Below are positions 46,453-57,428 of a stretch of DNA of 64,000 nucleotides, piece by piece; within the stretch, counting starts at the first letter, position 1, and every line of letters begins with the position of its first letter. Source of the DNA: a virus; the IMG/VR virus record IMGVR_UViG_3300031463_000004, positions 14,515 to 78,514 of that record. One strand, given 5' to 3'. A model generated the notes under the pieces. It ran no database searches. It had not been told where the DNA came from and saw only the letters and a list, made by a program, of their open reading frames with translations. The translations under genes and the position numbers were made by a program.

Positions 46453-48546
46453 CTACCTATACGGTGTAATCTTGATACCAGGACTCGGAGAGAAATCGTT
46501 CGCCGGTGGCGAAGGAGGCCCGGATTTGGACGGAGCCGGAGATGGTGAAGCTTGCTCAGGATGCCCGTCCGAAATATCCTGTTGAGATGGTTCTGGGGTT
46601 GTCTCAGAGGTGTTATCGACTTCCTGAGATACCGCATCCAATTCATCCGACTCGGTCAATTTACCATACTGTAGTGGCTTCGTCGCCTCAGATGACCCTA
46701 TGAGCCGGAACTTGAATCCACCATCCTTTGTTGCTGTTATCATTCTGATATAGTTTAGGTCTACTGACATCGTTGCTTCAGACATATATCCGATGTTTGT
46801 CTCAACGGATACGATATTCCCTAAGAGTGCCTTATAAGTGACAATATAAGGTCTGTTTGGAAGTACGGCAGGGTCAAGAATTGCCATGGACACAGATGCA
46901 GATCGGATATCTGATACAGCTCTTGCTGCCATCAGTTTCACGAAGTAAGTTAGGGCCTCCTCCGACCTGAGGAGAGGATTTGAGACCTGGAGTACCCGGA
47001 TACCGAAACGTGGTAGCATATTCGACAGAATTCCATGCGCCTTTCTTATGATCTGTTCTACCTCGGCTGACCCGGGCACTCTCACATTGGTGAGACTACC
47101 ATTCGCGACTATCCATGTGTATGCCAAGTCGTCAGATTCTGTTACGGTTACAGAGGTACCGCCAGCATCGTGGACTAGAGATGTTCTGCCGTAGTCTCCA
47201 AGGTCATACGGGGTCATATCGAAAAATGGGAACTCCGCTACAACATCTCCAGATGGGGTTTCCAGTACTTGGTAATATAGATAGTCAGCGACGTATTTCT
47301 TTATGATATCCAGTCTCGTCTCGAACTCAGATTGCCACGCCCCGACATCTGCAATGGATTTTTCAACGATTCTGTTGTAGTTTTCAATGGCCTGGTCTGG
47401 GAGGAGTATATGTAAATGCCCCCTGTCTGGGGCGTAGTCACCAGAAAACCCGCCAACAGAAGAAGTAACTTCTCCTTCTGGACCGAACCCTGATGACTCT
47501 CCTATCCTCACCACGTCCGCGTATGTTAGTTCTGGGTGTATTGCGTCTTGCCAGGCTTGCAATTTGTTCTTATCAAATATCTGGATACCACCATTCCCAC
47601 TCCCGAGTGTAAACCTGCCAATACCGCGTACGGACGCGGCTCCACCAGTAATTGGAGATGGTCCGTACTTATTCAATTCCGGGCTGTTCCCTATAACTAA
47701 GATGCCGAGCAATTGTGGGAGTGAAAGGTCTGTGAACATGCTGGTCAGACCTTCTGTAAGGAGTATGTCCCCCATTGCGAATTCTGTATTGTCCAGTACG
47801 TCCTCATAGATGCTGATATTCGTAGTGACCCTTGCTAACCTTAAGAGTCTTGTCGCAGCCCCTTCACAATTCAGTGTGATTACAGAGATACCTGTTGATA
47901 TGTCATCAGACAGAGATACCATGCGCACATACCCGGTGAAGGCCCTGTACCAAACAGGTTCGGCGCTCGTGTCAGTTATATTGTACCGATACGGATGGCG
48001 ATAGAATATGGTAATCGGGTCCCCAGCACTAAAGACTGGCATACCGAGTGCCAGATCGAATCTAGTGTCTTGCCAATCTGAAGAGTCAGGATTCTCTGGG
48101 AATATGTGGAACAATTCTGGTACCATAACAACTCTTGACTTCCCTATCGCAGAGTTCACAGCATCTTGGCAGATATCCCGCATGGTCTTCCCATTCGGGC
48201 TCTTTGCGACTTGTATTTTGAGCTTATTCTGTAGGATATCTCTTTTCAGGGCTTCTGAATACAATTGGGCATCTGGAGAATCTGGCTGTACAATACCCTT
48301 TAAATCACGTTTTTTGATTGTGAAAACATTGTTCACGTTCTTTATCACAATGGTACTTGAGTTCCCACCATTCTGTAATGGTGCCAATCTGGTGCTGACA
48401 TTGCTCACCCACTTCGTGATGTCCCGTCCGCACACGTAGACACGGACGTCGTTCTCCACGCAGAATACAGAATGCTGCGCACCAGATACGTTTCCAGGCC
48501 CTGGTATGTACTCCTGATCCGTACTGAGATCCAGAAATCCTGGCAT
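46453..48546 (-). CDS. Putative baseplate hub protein (gp27-like)
   Basis: VYVCGRDITKWVSNVS, AFTGYVRMVS; lies between tube initiator and spike. Confidence 0.65.
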   Translation of the reverse strand: MPGFLDLSTDQEYIPGPGNVSGAQHSVFCVENDVRVYVCGRDITKWVSNVSTRLAPLQNGGNSSTIVIKNVNNVFTIKKRDLKGIVQPDSPDAQLYSEALKRDILQNKLKIQVAKSPNGKTMRDICQDAVNSAIGKSRVVMVPELFHIFPENPDSSDWQDTRFDLALGMPVFSAGDPITIFYRHPYRYNITDTSAEPVWYRAFTGYVRMVSLSDDISTGISVITLNCEGAATRLLRLARVTTNISIYEDVLDNTEFAMGDILLTEGLTSMFTDLSLPQLLGILVIGNSPELNKYGPSPITGGAASVRGIGRFTLGSGNGGIQIFDKNKLQAWQDAIHPELTYADVVRIGESSGFGPEGEVTSSVGGFSGDYAPDRGHLHILLPDQAIENYNRIVEKSIADVGAWQSEFETRLDIIKKYVADYLYYQVLETPSGDVVAEFPFFDMTPYDLGDYGRTSLVHDAGGTSVTVTESDDLAYTWIVANGSLTNVRVPGSAEVEQIIRKAHGILSNMLPRFGIRVLQVSNPLLRSEEALTYFVKLMAARAVSDIRSASVSMAILDPAVLPNRPYIVTYKALLGNIVSVETNIGYMSEATMSVDLNYIRMITATKDGGFKFRLIGSSEATKPLQYGKLTESDELDAVSQEVDNTSETTPEPSQQDISDGHPEQASPSPAPSKSGPPSPPANDFSPSPGIKITPYR

Positions 48547-48556
48547 TGGTCTACCC

Positions 48557-49249
48557 TTATAGTACCGTGCCTACTTGAGTGGCTAATTCACTCAATGCAC
48601 TAAGAGGGGGTACCATCTTCAACACGACAACGTCTATTGTGTATTCCACATTGAATGGATTTCTTGCCTCCTCTGCAAGGGATAATTGATTGAGGAATTT
48701 CACTTGCATCTTTACATCTGGGAACAGAATTGTGTGGTAGTCTAGAGTGACAATGTTGGGTTTGCCCGACGTCGTGAACGCTGGGGTTGCCGTCAGCTCA
48801 CAGAATCTGTAGAAGACTTGCCGCTTCTGTACAGATGTTATGGATTGAAGTCTCACTGGGCCGGACGTCTTCTGCTTCTGCTCCGCGAAGAAAGATAGGG
48901 GATAGAGACCACCTGTCTGCATTGTGATACTCAGAGTCGGGAGGTCTAGCGAGGACCCATCAGGTGCTTGCCAGTCATAGATGACTGTCCCGCCAAATGC
49001 GTTCGTCCGTGACCTACGGAATGGGATATTCCAACGCACGGAAGCCGGGTTGATAATCTGAACAATCCGATCCTGCCCAGTTTCGTCCCACTCTGTGCAA
49101 GACCACACAAACGAGCTGGAAGACCCGGATTTAGCTCTATCCCCACCAGGGGAAACGGCGTGGTCAGCGGAGAAATCTACGGCTTGTGCGGCCTCAGAGT
49201 CTGAGAGGACCGTTATAGGAGAGTTTGGAGGAATTGGGTCTTCTGGCAT
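48557..49249 (-). CDS. Putative tail tube initiator
   Basis: INPASVRW...RTNAFGG...W; EEARNPFNVEYTI; follows the tape measure. Confidence 0.6.
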   Translation of the reverse strand: MPEDPIPPNSPITVLSDSEAAQAVDFSADHAVSPGGDRAKSGSSSSFVWSCTEWDETGQDRIVQIINPASVRWNIPFRRSRTNAFGGTVIYDWQAPDGSSLDLPTLSITMQTGGLYPLSFFAEQKQKTSGPVRLQSITSVQKRQVFYRFCELTATPAFTTSGKPNIVTLDYHTILFPDVKMQVKFLNQLSLAEEARNPFNVEYTIDVVVLKMVPPLSALSELATQVGTVL

Positions 49250-49258
49250 TTCTCAGTC

Positions 49259-51610
49259 CTATTGTGTTACGAGGGAAGGAGATCCAGTTGGTGTTGGCGG
49301 AAATACGTTATTCGTACTCGCCGTCTGGTTTCCAACATCTGTTACATAGATAGTAATCTGTTTTCCAGTAACAGGGTCATATATCTTCGTGGCTACTTTA
49401 CCCTTCGTGTCTTTACTACTCGTCTCTGAGAGTTTCTGCAGTATGTAGGACATCCTCTTCTCGTCGTTTCCTACCATATCTCCATAAGTTGTCATCAAGT
49501 AATTGATTGGAACATTCTTCCCTCTTGAAGACCTTGCTTGTATTCCACCATACACCGCAGCGAGGATGTCTCTCTGGTCCTCTGGTACTTCTGTCCCAAA
49601 ATGCCGTAGCGTAGCAGAAGCTGTGGCTAGGTCTGTCGCCGCCTCTCTCAGAGCCTTGGAAGTTTTCCTCCATTCCTGAACCATCTCCACTCCGAGTTTC
49701 CCCATCACTCCTATTTGGTAAGCGCTGAATGCGATTCCGGCAGCATAGGGGTTCCCTCCAGACATCGCCAATGCTCCACCAGCGGAGATCCCGGCTTCCC
49801 CGAATGCCTGAGCGGTCGTCATGTTCTCATTCGCACGAATGGCACCCGCCATCGCACTAACCATCCCAGTCCCGATGGCAGCTCCTGTGGAGATTCCCCC
49901 TCCGGGTCCTGGAAGTGCAATGGTGGTATTCGTACCAGGAGGCAATCCACCTCTACCAGACCCACCCCTTCCGGTGCCCCCAGCGATACCACCTGTCCCT
50001 AGCACCCTCTCGATAGTATCCAGTGCTGCACGATAATCCTTGCTAATCCTTGTTATCACCCCCAATGCTGTGAGAGCACCTCCGACCACTGCCGCAGCAG
50101 CCAGGATCTTCGGATCTCTTATGATCTCCTCGCCATAGCGTTGAGTCTTCTCTAATACGGTTAGCTGACTTCTACCTATTTCGTTTGCGTCAGCTAAATA
50201 CTTTGTCATGTCCTCTGCTCGGTCCAGGATCTTCTTTGCGTCAGCACCAGTGGTAGCAGTCTCGACGAATTTCTGCGTCCCTTGCAATCCCTGTTGGAGG
50301 GCTAGATACTCTTGTGGCCCCCTAACTCCAAATATCCCAGACCCGTATACCTGCGCTACGCCTCCACGAGGGAAGAGTTGATTCATTGTCTGTTGTATCG
50401 CTTGGAATGCTTCCTTGGACTGATTGAACGTTGTAGCCATCAATAGAGACCCAGCACCTGGAGTCTTTGACAGTAGAGCGAGTGCCTCTTCCGTGGTAGT
50501 TGGAGCTTTCCCTCCGGGGCCTACTAGTGACGCTGCAGCCGTGAGGATTCCAGACTGTGCCTGGGCGCTGAGTTTACCCCCCTCGGCGAGTGTCCTCTGT
50601 AGTTGTGGTATCACACGCTGTGAAATGAGCAGAGAAACACCTCCCATACCTATTCCAGATATCCCGCGGAGCGCAGAGGAGGCCGCATCCATAGCCACAC
50701 GTTCAGACATACCGAATTTCTCCAGATTCTTTGTGGCTGTGGCTATGAACAATGCTACGTTCTCAAACTCCGCACCAGATGATTTCATGGAGACGGCGAG
50801 ATCATTCGACACCCGGACTAAGTATTGCTGGCCTATCCCGGCTTCTTTAGCATATATGGCCACTCTAGAATACCGTACTGCTGCGGTTTCTAGACTCTCA
50901 TTCAAGGATTTCTGTTGGTCTATTAGTTGAGACGTTAGCTCTGGCATTCCGATGTCGTGTATCTTCGACATCGCTGCGATCTGTTCTGTATATCTCTCTG
51001 TACTCCTCTCAACCTCTACAATATTTCTGGACTGTACGATTGTGTTTTGCAATATTGCCGTTCTAGTGGCGTCTATGTCACCTCTGAGTTGACCATACCT
51101 ATTGGCAATCTTTGTATACGTTAAATCCAGATTCCCGAGAGCCGATTGGGCTTTGGCGATACTACCAGGCAACATCTGCCCGTATGCAGCCGCCACGTTG
51201 GATACTATCTTGTACCCCTCAACGTTAATCCTATTGATCTGATTGAGGGGTCCGGCTATCATAGCGAGAGGCTTCAGGATAGCCGGGAGTCCATCAGACA
51301 GTCTGGAGGAAACAGTTGAAAGTAAACTATCGGTAAATGACCTTCCCCAACTCTCTCCTACTTTCTTTGCCGCTAATGCCTGTGCGCTCCCAGCCTTCTC
51401 GACTTCCCTCTCCAGAGACATTCTGGCACGGCGAACCGCTTCGTCCAGGTCCCTCCCTGCCTCTCTGATGGACCTCTTAAATGTGCGACCAAATACTCTT
51501 GTTGTGGCATTCTCGAAGTCGTCAAGAGACTTCGTTGACGCTCTGAGTAGATCGGCTATTTTCTTCAGGCTGTCTATATCTGTCCCATAATCTTTTTGCG
51601 CCACTTTCAA
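49259..51610 (-). CDS. Tape measure protein
   Basis: 783 aa, Ala/Gly-rich and helical with hydrophobic segments; downstream of tube and chaperones. Confidence 0.75.
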   Translation of the reverse strand: MKVAQKDYGTDIDSLKKIADLLRASTKSLDDFENATTRVFGRTFKRSIREAGRDLDEAVRRARMSLEREVEKAGSAQALAAKKVGESWGRSFTDSLLSTVSSRLSDGLPAILKPLAMIAGPLNQINRINVEGYKIVSNVAAAYGQMLPGSIAKAQSALGNLDLTYTKIANRYGQLRGDIDATRTAILQNTIVQSRNIVEVERSTERYTEQIAAMSKIHDIGMPELTSQLIDQQKSLNESLETAAVRYSRVAIYAKEAGIGQQYLVRVSNDLAVSMKSSGAEFENVALFIATATKNLEKFGMSERVAMDAASSALRGISGIGMGGVSLLISQRVIPQLQRTLAEGGKLSAQAQSGILTAAASLVGPGGKAPTTTEEALALLSKTPGAGSLLMATTFNQSKEAFQAIQQTMNQLFPRGGVAQVYGSGIFGVRGPQEYLALQQGLQGTQKFVETATTGADAKKILDRAEDMTKYLADANEIGRSQLTVLEKTQRYGEEIIRDPKILAAAAVVGGALTALGVITRISKDYRAALDTIERVLGTGGIAGGTGRGGSGRGGLPPGTNTTIALPGPGGGISTGAAIGTGMVSAMAGAIRANENMTTAQAFGEAGISAGGALAMSGGNPYAAGIAFSAYQIGVMGKLGVEMVQEWRKTSKALREAATDLATASATLRHFGTEVPEDQRDILAAVYGGIQARSSRGKNVPINYLMTTYGDMVGNDEKRMSYILQKLSETSSKDTKGKVATKIYDPVTGKQITIYVTDVGNQTASTNNVFPPTPTGSPSLVTQ

Positions 51611-52176
51611 TCCTCTTTTTGATACCCATCAATTCCCAGAGCCCAGGCATTTGAGGGGTCATCCTCAGGTCTCTGGTATTTCTGCTTCTTCCTGAGCCTA
51701 TCAACACGACGCGCCATTGCCTGTAGTTTCACGAGCTCTGCTTGGTCGATATCAATCCCAGGGATCTCCTTGGGTTTACTATCCTCAGGTCGGATGTCCA
51801 CGATTGCTCTCGCTCTTTCTTTCATGTGCTCTGTAATCTCAGGGTTTATCAAGAGCGCGAGTGGAGTGAAGATACCCTTTGGGCTAGTCCGTTTCGGGAT
51901 TCCAACACTATCGGCTATCTCTTCTGGAGGGGTGTCCTCGGTCGTGGGGCCGCTGAAAAAGATACCCCTCAGTGTATCCGCGTCCAGGAGAGACCCAAGA
52001 TGCCGGCCAATCATTTCAGACAACCTCTCCTCCTTTTTGGTCGCGGCCATAACATAGAAGTAGAACTCTACTTCCGACATGCCCCTGAAACTCTTCAGAG
52101 GCATGTTGAGACTCGACACAACGAGGAGAAGGTCGTCTACGACGTTCTTGTGTTGATTCGTCCAGGTCCCACTCAC
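51607..52176 (-). CDS. Tail assembly chaperone, gpT-like portion (probably reached by -1 frameshift)
   Basis: Open in the -1 frame from the slippery site at 52197-52203; poorly spaced RBS. Confidence 0.65.
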   Translation of the reverse strand: MSGTWTNQHKNVVDDLLLVVSSLNMPLKSFRGMSEVEFYFYVMAATKKEERLSEMIGRHLGSLLDADTLRGIFFSGPTTEDTPPEEIADSVGIPKRTSPKGIFTPLALLINPEITEHMKERARAIVDIRPEDSKPKEIPGIDIDQAELVKLQAMARRVDRLRKKQKYQRPEDDPSNAWALGIDGYQKED

Positions 52177-52679
52177 TTCCCCTGTTGCGACGATGCGAAA
52201 AAACTATTCCGCTTCTCCCGCCACGGTGTTACACACTGTGAGAGATACAGTGAGTAGAGACTCTGGAGTGTTTCACTACTTAGACTATTAAGCCACGTAA
52301 GGAGATGTGCCCAGACACTTTCCCGGACGAAATTCGCCATGATCTCGTCCACACCTGCCTGATTTATGTCCCGCCGGGATTCCAGACTCTTCTTTAGAGT
52401 CTCTACATCGGCAGCTACCTCTTCTGCGAAGACCGTCTCTACTGGTACATCATTGATGTGGGTACAGCACACTGCTAGAGTCGGAGCTATAGACGCAGTT
52501 GTTTCACCAATTGTGCCAGAGTAGTCAGAGAGTATCTTTCCGTCTCTCCAGACAGCTGCACGTTGAGAAACATCCGGAACAAAAGTAAACTTCACCCCAC
52601 GCAATTCAACAGTTGTAGGGGGTGGAGTTTCTGGGCAAAGAATTTCCAGGACTTCATTCAGTATAGAATTGGCCTTCAT
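52173..52679 (-). CDS. Tail assembly chaperone, gpG-like
   Basis: Between tube and tape measure; AGGAGG RBS. Confidence 0.7.
   Translation of the reverse strand: MKANSILNEVLEILCPETPPPTTVELRGVKFTFVPDVSQRAAVWRDGKILSDYSGTIGETTASIAPTLAVCCTHINDVPVETVFAEEVAADVETLKKSLESRRDINQAGVDEIMANFVRESVWAHLLTWLNSLSSETLQSLYSLYLSQCVTPWREKRNSFFASSQQGK
52197..52203 (-). other. Programmed -1 frameshift slippery heptamer T TTT TTC
   Basis: In-phase X XXY YYZ near the end of the chaperone ORF; the -1 frame is open into 51607-52176. Confidence 0.75.
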
Positions 52680-52703
52680 ACTTACCTCCTACGTTAGGAC
52701 TGT

Positions 52704-53195
52704 TTACGATACTCTGTATCTCCCCAAAACATGGATTCGGGCTGTCTTCTTGTACAACTTATTCCCGGCTGCTTCGTATGCGTCTGGGTTGTTCTCGGAC
52801 AAGAAGCACCCATAATAGACATCTGTAATCAGACGACCGTTAGGGAGCTCCCAGACTTCGTGAATCTCAAACGGGTTTGCCTGGTCCGCAAGGTGGATGA
52901 GAGGGTCCGAAGATGCACCGATTGCGACCTCCAGCGGCTGAGTCCATAACTCGAAGCCCTGGACCTCAATCTCATCAGTCTCTACGACTCCTGGCACCTG
53001 ATCCACAGCCCGGCCCGTCGAGAACCGATTCAATTCGAATACCTTGGTCACTGGCCTCGACTGCCTAGGAGAGAATCGTTCGATTCTTCCCACGGTTTGG
53101 CCGTTAACTCGGATGGTTACTGCGTGGGTATGTCTCGTCCCACCAGGGGTCACTGGGATTTGGGGTGTGAACGGAGACTGAGTACCAATAGGCAT
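52704..53195 (-). CDS. Tail tube protein
   Basis: 163 aa directly after the sheath; GQTVGRIERFSP...VYYGCF pattern. Confidence 0.8.
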   Translation of the reverse strand: MPIGTQSPFTPQIPVTPGGTRHTHAVTIRVNGQTVGRIERFSPRQSRPVTKVFELNRFSTGRAVDQVPGVVETDEIEVQGFELWTQPLEVAIGASSDPLIHLADQANPFEIHEVWELPNGRLITDVYYGCFLSENNPDAYEAAGNKLYKKTARIHVLGRYRVS

Positions 53196-53210
53196 TTTAG
53201 CGCCTCCTCA

Positions 53211-55439
53211 TTACACGTTGGCGATTGTCGGTGTACCTTCAGAACCGAAGAGAACCTGCTGATCCACGAAATACTCACCAAATAGGTGTTTCACAGGGTA
53301 CCGCAGGAAGAAAAAGTACTTGAAGTTGTACCCGGTTCTAGACCCGGTGACGCGGGCTACATAGATGTCCTTGATTGGATTCAGTGACCGGGTTATACCT
53401 GTCTCCGTTTCGTAGGGAGCAATAGTCCCCTCTGCAACAAGAGACGTGAGAACCAGGGCTACTTCTGCTCGTATGGCCGAGATAGCATCAGCAGTGGATT
53501 TGTACACACCACCTATGATCTTGGCATCCAACCGAGCATTCATCGTCTTTGTGACAGCATCTTTCTGTACGGTCGCTGACGGCTCGTGTACGTCCTCCGA
53601 CAGACTGTGCACCGTACACGTGTCGTATACCCGTATCAGACTACCGAGTTTCTGGAGGCAGAGCAGATCATTTCCAGCCCTATAGTCGAGCTCAGACTGG
53701 AGAAGGGTCTCTACATCCGAGAAACCAACGATCTCCCTCCGGAGAAGAGTATCCGATGGGCTCTGGAACGTATCTTGCAGAGCCGCCAATGCCGTGGCGA
53801 TTGACCACGCTGGGAGTGTGCCCGTCCAAGTAGTGCTGTCTCTTAAGAGGAACTGTCTTTGTGCCCAAGTATTACCGACGAGGACATAGCGTCCAAGGGC
53901 GGGGGATGTCGGAGGCAACTGCATGGAGACCTTTGCTTCGTAGACTAGCGTATCTGGAGTACTCATATCCCCGGAGGGAGTCCCCATGGGCATCCAGAAC
54001 CATCCCATTCGGTATTTCTTCTCAATGGGGGATGAGCATTTCTCGATGCTCGTCCTTAGAGCGCTCCGGATTGTGTCCGTGGACTCCAAGACCACTACAT
54101 CGGTGATTTCAGTTTTCTCCTCGGACGCTTTGATGCCATTGATGTAGTCCACGTCACTGTAGACACCGTCTCCGTCTGGGTCGCTAATTTGGACATAGTA
54201 CAGGTAGGGTACTCCTTGCGCGAAGGCAATGTCCCCGGCAAGCGCGAGGAGATTCTGTTGCGTCTTCCCGCCTACCTCATCCCACAAGGCGCTGGCACTG
54301 AAAACAAGTCGCGGGGTGTTGTACATACCAGAAGGCTTATCGTACGCATACGATACGTAGTAGATAGCCCCGTATGCAGGAGAATTCCCAGACCACGGGT
54401 ATTGGATGGTGATTGGGGTCTGAGAAGATGGGTCTGAGCTGAAAGTCACATAAACGGTTCCAGTGAGGTTGGATACAGAAAGAGAACCACCTCCAGAACC
54501 CGTAGCCGTCACAGTACCAGTAGGAATGTGTGACAGGATTGTGTAGTATGTCCCTGGAGTACCAGTGATGATGCCTGTGTAATCCTTACGGATATCTGAT
54601 GTACTCTTGGATTCAACTACAGTCTGTGAAACCCCCCATTTTATCTCCCCAGTATTTGTCACATGGAATGTGTAGATATCCCCAGATGTAAACGTTCCAG
54701 AGAAGGCTAGGACGATCCCGTCTTCTAGAGAGACACCGGAAGATGATGTTGTCGCGGTTCCGGACCCAGAAGAGACCGTATTGCCGTGCCAGTTGAATGT
54801 GGCTGTCCCTACTGCGCCGCCAGTCGCTATTGTAATTGTGTAGGTTCTTGGTTCGAGAGCCTTATAGGTGTTCCCAGTCCCATAAGACACAACACCAGAA
54901 CCAGAATTGCTCCCCGAGGCCGTTATCGTACCAAAAGAAATGTTTGGGGTGTAATCAACTCCGTTGGTGTAACTCGTGATTCCTGGCCTATCCCCAATTC
55001 GGATAATAGACCGAATATCTGGAGGGGTATCCCCGACAGTGTCTAGTGTTGCGTTTGTACTCTGATAGGAGAAGTAGTAAGTACCTGAGGCCTTATACGC
55101 CTCAGACATGATATAGATGTGGGTCCCGTCAATGTACCCCCAGTACTTCTTATCAACGGTAACGTAGTTCGTACCGTCGAAGTACTCAAGGATGCTGGTT
55201 TCCTTCACCTCGTTTGACGTGTAGTTCAGCCCCGCAGCATGTTGATATCCTAAGGAGGCCGAGAAGGAGACAGGCTCCTGATATCGGTATCCCCTACGGA
55301 TCGCTACATCGTATTTTTCCAGCGTCTTTAGTCCAGGACCCACAAGACATAATACACGAGGTACGTTCGCGGTGATAATTGTGTCCGCAATACGTCCTTC
55401 AGATATATACGGTCCAGGCGGAAGATATTGTGTAGGCAT
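53211..55439 (-). CDS. Contractile tail sheath protein
   Basis: N-terminal YLPPGPYISE, C-terminal FFLRYPVKHL; 742 aa with beta-rich insertions. Confidence 0.85.
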   Translation of the reverse strand: MPTQYLPPGPYISEGRIADTIITANVPRVLCLVGPGLKTLEKYDVAIRRGYRYQEPVSFSASLGYQHAAGLNYTSNEVKETSILEYFDGTNYVTVDKKYWGYIDGTHIYIMSEAYKASGTYYFSYQSTNATLDTVGDTPPDIRSIIRIGDRPGITSYTNGVDYTPNISFGTITASGSNSGSGVVSYGTGNTYKALEPRTYTITIATGGAVGTATFNWHGNTVSSGSGTATTSSSGVSLEDGIVLAFSGTFTSGDIYTFHVTNTGEIKWGVSQTVVESKSTSDIRKDYTGIITGTPGTYYTILSHIPTGTVTATGSGGGSLSVSNLTGTVYVTFSSDPSSQTPITIQYPWSGNSPAYGAIYYVSYAYDKPSGMYNTPRLVFSASALWDEVGGKTQQNLLALAGDIAFAQGVPYLYYVQISDPDGDGVYSDVDYINGIKASEEKTEITDVVVLESTDTIRSALRTSIEKCSSPIEKKYRMGWFWMPMGTPSGDMSTPDTLVYEAKVSMQLPPTSPALGRYVLVGNTWAQRQFLLRDSTTWTGTLPAWSIATALAALQDTFQSPSDTLLRREIVGFSDVETLLQSELDYRAGNDLLCLQKLGSLIRVYDTCTVHSLSEDVHEPSATVQKDAVTKTMNARLDAKIIGGVYKSTADAISAIRAEVALVLTSLVAEGTIAPYETETGITRSLNPIKDIYVARVTGSRTGYNFKYFFFLRYPVKHLFGEYFVDQQVLFGSEGTPTIANV

Positions 55440-55503
55440 CTTTGGTCTCCTCTCCTATCCTACCGTGTTCCAGTATTCGTTGATACTCACAGCCGGAGTA
55501 AAG

Positions 55504-56442
55504 TCATATGGATACCTCAATAGGTATGGAGTACGTTCTCGAATTGTATACGTCTTCTATTACAATATCAGCCACCCCCGGACTCATTGCGAGCACAATA
55601 CCCGTCGGGCCGATGTTTACGACGTCTGGGTTGGTACTGCCGAATTGGTAGGCTCCAGACCCACCAGAAAATTTTGCTTGAAACTTTGTACCGACTCGTA
55701 ATGTTGCCGGGATATTCGTGTGTATGAATGTGATAATTGTGTTTTCGTCCAGGGACGAATAAGCATACGGCTCTGCCTGTGCAGAGACTGCATCTTGAGT
55801 CACATCTGATGGAAATGCCTTTACGAATACAGTCTCTTCGTATGCTATCCTGAGTGTTACAGATTCTGTGACAATTCTGTGCTCTGGGTCATCATCACGT
55901 GGATTGTCAGACCCTGGGGTTCTAGAAAATGGTGCGTTGTATAAGATATTGTATCTTCCACCTGTGAAAGTCTTATTCAGGCAGAAGTTTACATCATTCA
56001 GTGCCATAAGAAGACCAGTCACCACAGAATCCCCGAGCGAATCAAGAGTGTCCTGGTCACCCGCGAATAAATCTAGCGTGATCGTACCATCTGGGCAATA
56101 ACAAGAATACCCAAGGTATTTCTCCCCAGATTTGTTATCTATGTAGGATTCTGTAGGCCCTGATCCTACTTGTCCAGTCTGAAACTCCCCCTGGAAGTTC
56201 GTCAGCACGACTGCTGGTATCTCTTGTTGTATCCTGGCTAGACGCTTGATTATGGTCAATCTACGCTTGGCTGGGTCTTCCTCATCCACGGAGAACTCAA
56301 AGACACTGGGTACGACTTTCAGTTTTTCCAGTGTGAACTCCTTTGAGAAGATGGATTTTAGAACTTCCAGAGTACTTGATTTGATATTGCTGATACTCCT
56401 CCCGTATCGGAAGTGTATCCTGCCGACTTTCGTCCTCGGCAT
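55504..56442 (-). CDS. Tail completion/terminator-like protein with C-terminal Ig-like domain
   Basis: Precedes the sheath; STNPDVVNIGPTGIVLAMSPGVADI (Big_2-like). Confidence 0.6.
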   Translation of the reverse strand: MPRTKVGRIHFRYGRSISNIKSSTLEVLKSIFSKEFTLEKLKVVPSVFEFSVDEEDPAKRRLTIIKRLARIQQEIPAVVLTNFQGEFQTGQVGSGPTESYIDNKSGEKYLGYSCYCPDGTITLDLFAGDQDTLDSLGDSVVTGLLMALNDVNFCLNKTFTGGRYNILYNAPFSRTPGSDNPRDDDPEHRIVTESVTLRIAYEETVFVKAFPSDVTQDAVSAQAEPYAYSSLDENTIITFIHTNIPATLRVGTKFQAKFSGGSGAYQFGSTNPDVVNIGPTGIVLAMSPGVADIVIEDVYNSRTYSIPIEVSI

Positions 56443-57422
56443 CAGAACACCTCCGATAGGATTTCGTGTTCCTGGACTGGCCGGATAGAGAGATCTTGCC
56501 AGAGAGCCCTATCCCCCGGATCTCCTCTGTTCACAGCAGTTACTTTGTAGCGTTCCCCGGAGTTTATTTTTACGATGAGATCCGTGTCCAGTATCTTAGG
56601 TCTCGGGTTAACCGTAAACTTCATCGAGGATATGCTGGTGACGAAGCCGAGATCCGTAAGTTTCTTTGCAATCTCTGAGAATTGAGCCTGCTCTACTTTT
56701 AGGATGTCTTTTCCTGTCTTCCATTTGACGTGGAGTCCCTGAAAGTATAGAGGTACATCGCCATTTGGACTGTAATTTTTGAACTCAACCCGGAACTGTG
56801 TTTCTAGAGTCCATGGCGGTTTCCCAAGCCCAAGGAGAAAATCACCAAACATAGACAAGTTCTTCCATGTCCCAGTGCTCGTATCGAGGAAGTACGGTAT
56901 CAGTTCTCCCCCGTATTCTGATGGGTATATCCCATACAATTTATACCCATCATAAGCCAAGGCAGAATTGATGTAAACACGTTCCCCAGTGAGTACACCA
57001 CGTGCGTCTTTTTCCAACACGATTGGGGTCGGCCTGATGTCTGCGTATTCCTCGTCGTCCCAAACTTCTACTCCATCAAGATCCGAGAATGGTGCCGTTG
57101 AATCGAGTGTGTACTTTGTATGCCCATACTGCTCATAGCCACCAACGATTCCTACCGCATAACAGACAGGACATCGGTCTGACGGAATCCCACTTCGATC
57201 CACGCACGAACAGGGTCTACCCTGGAAGAGTCTCCTGTAGAGATGGCAATCCACCCCAAATGTCTCAATTGCTTTGGCGTAACGTTCCTCAACCCGCTCA
57301 TATATCTGAGCGTCTTTGATGATCTGCACGGTTCTTTTTGTCTGTGACGGATCATAGATCGTATCGGATCTCGGCTGATCCGGGTTCGTGGGATTTCTTC
57401 GCAAGTACCGTATAGAGCCCAT
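56442..57422 (-). CDS. Neck/head-completion protein
   Basis: PCSC...CPVCYAVGIVGGY motif and DLIVK..GERYKVTAV closure-like C-terminus. Confidence 0.6.
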   Translation of the reverse strand: MGSIRYLRRNPTNPDQPRSDTIYDPSQTKRTVQIIKDAQIYERVEERYAKAIETFGVDCHLYRRLFQGRPCSCVDRSGIPSDRCPVCYAVGIVGGYEQYGHTKYTLDSTAPFSDLDGVEVWDDEEYADIRPTPIVLEKDARGVLTGERVYINSALAYDGYKLYGIYPSEYGGELIPYFLDTSTGTWKNLSMFGDFLLGLGKPPWTLETQFRVEFKNYSPNGDVPLYFQGLHVKWKTGKDILKVEQAQFSEIAKKLTDLGFVTSISSMKFTVNPRPKILDTDLIVKINSGERYKVTAVNRGDPGDRALWQDLSIRPVQEHEILSEVF

Positions 57423-57428
57423 GAGTGC

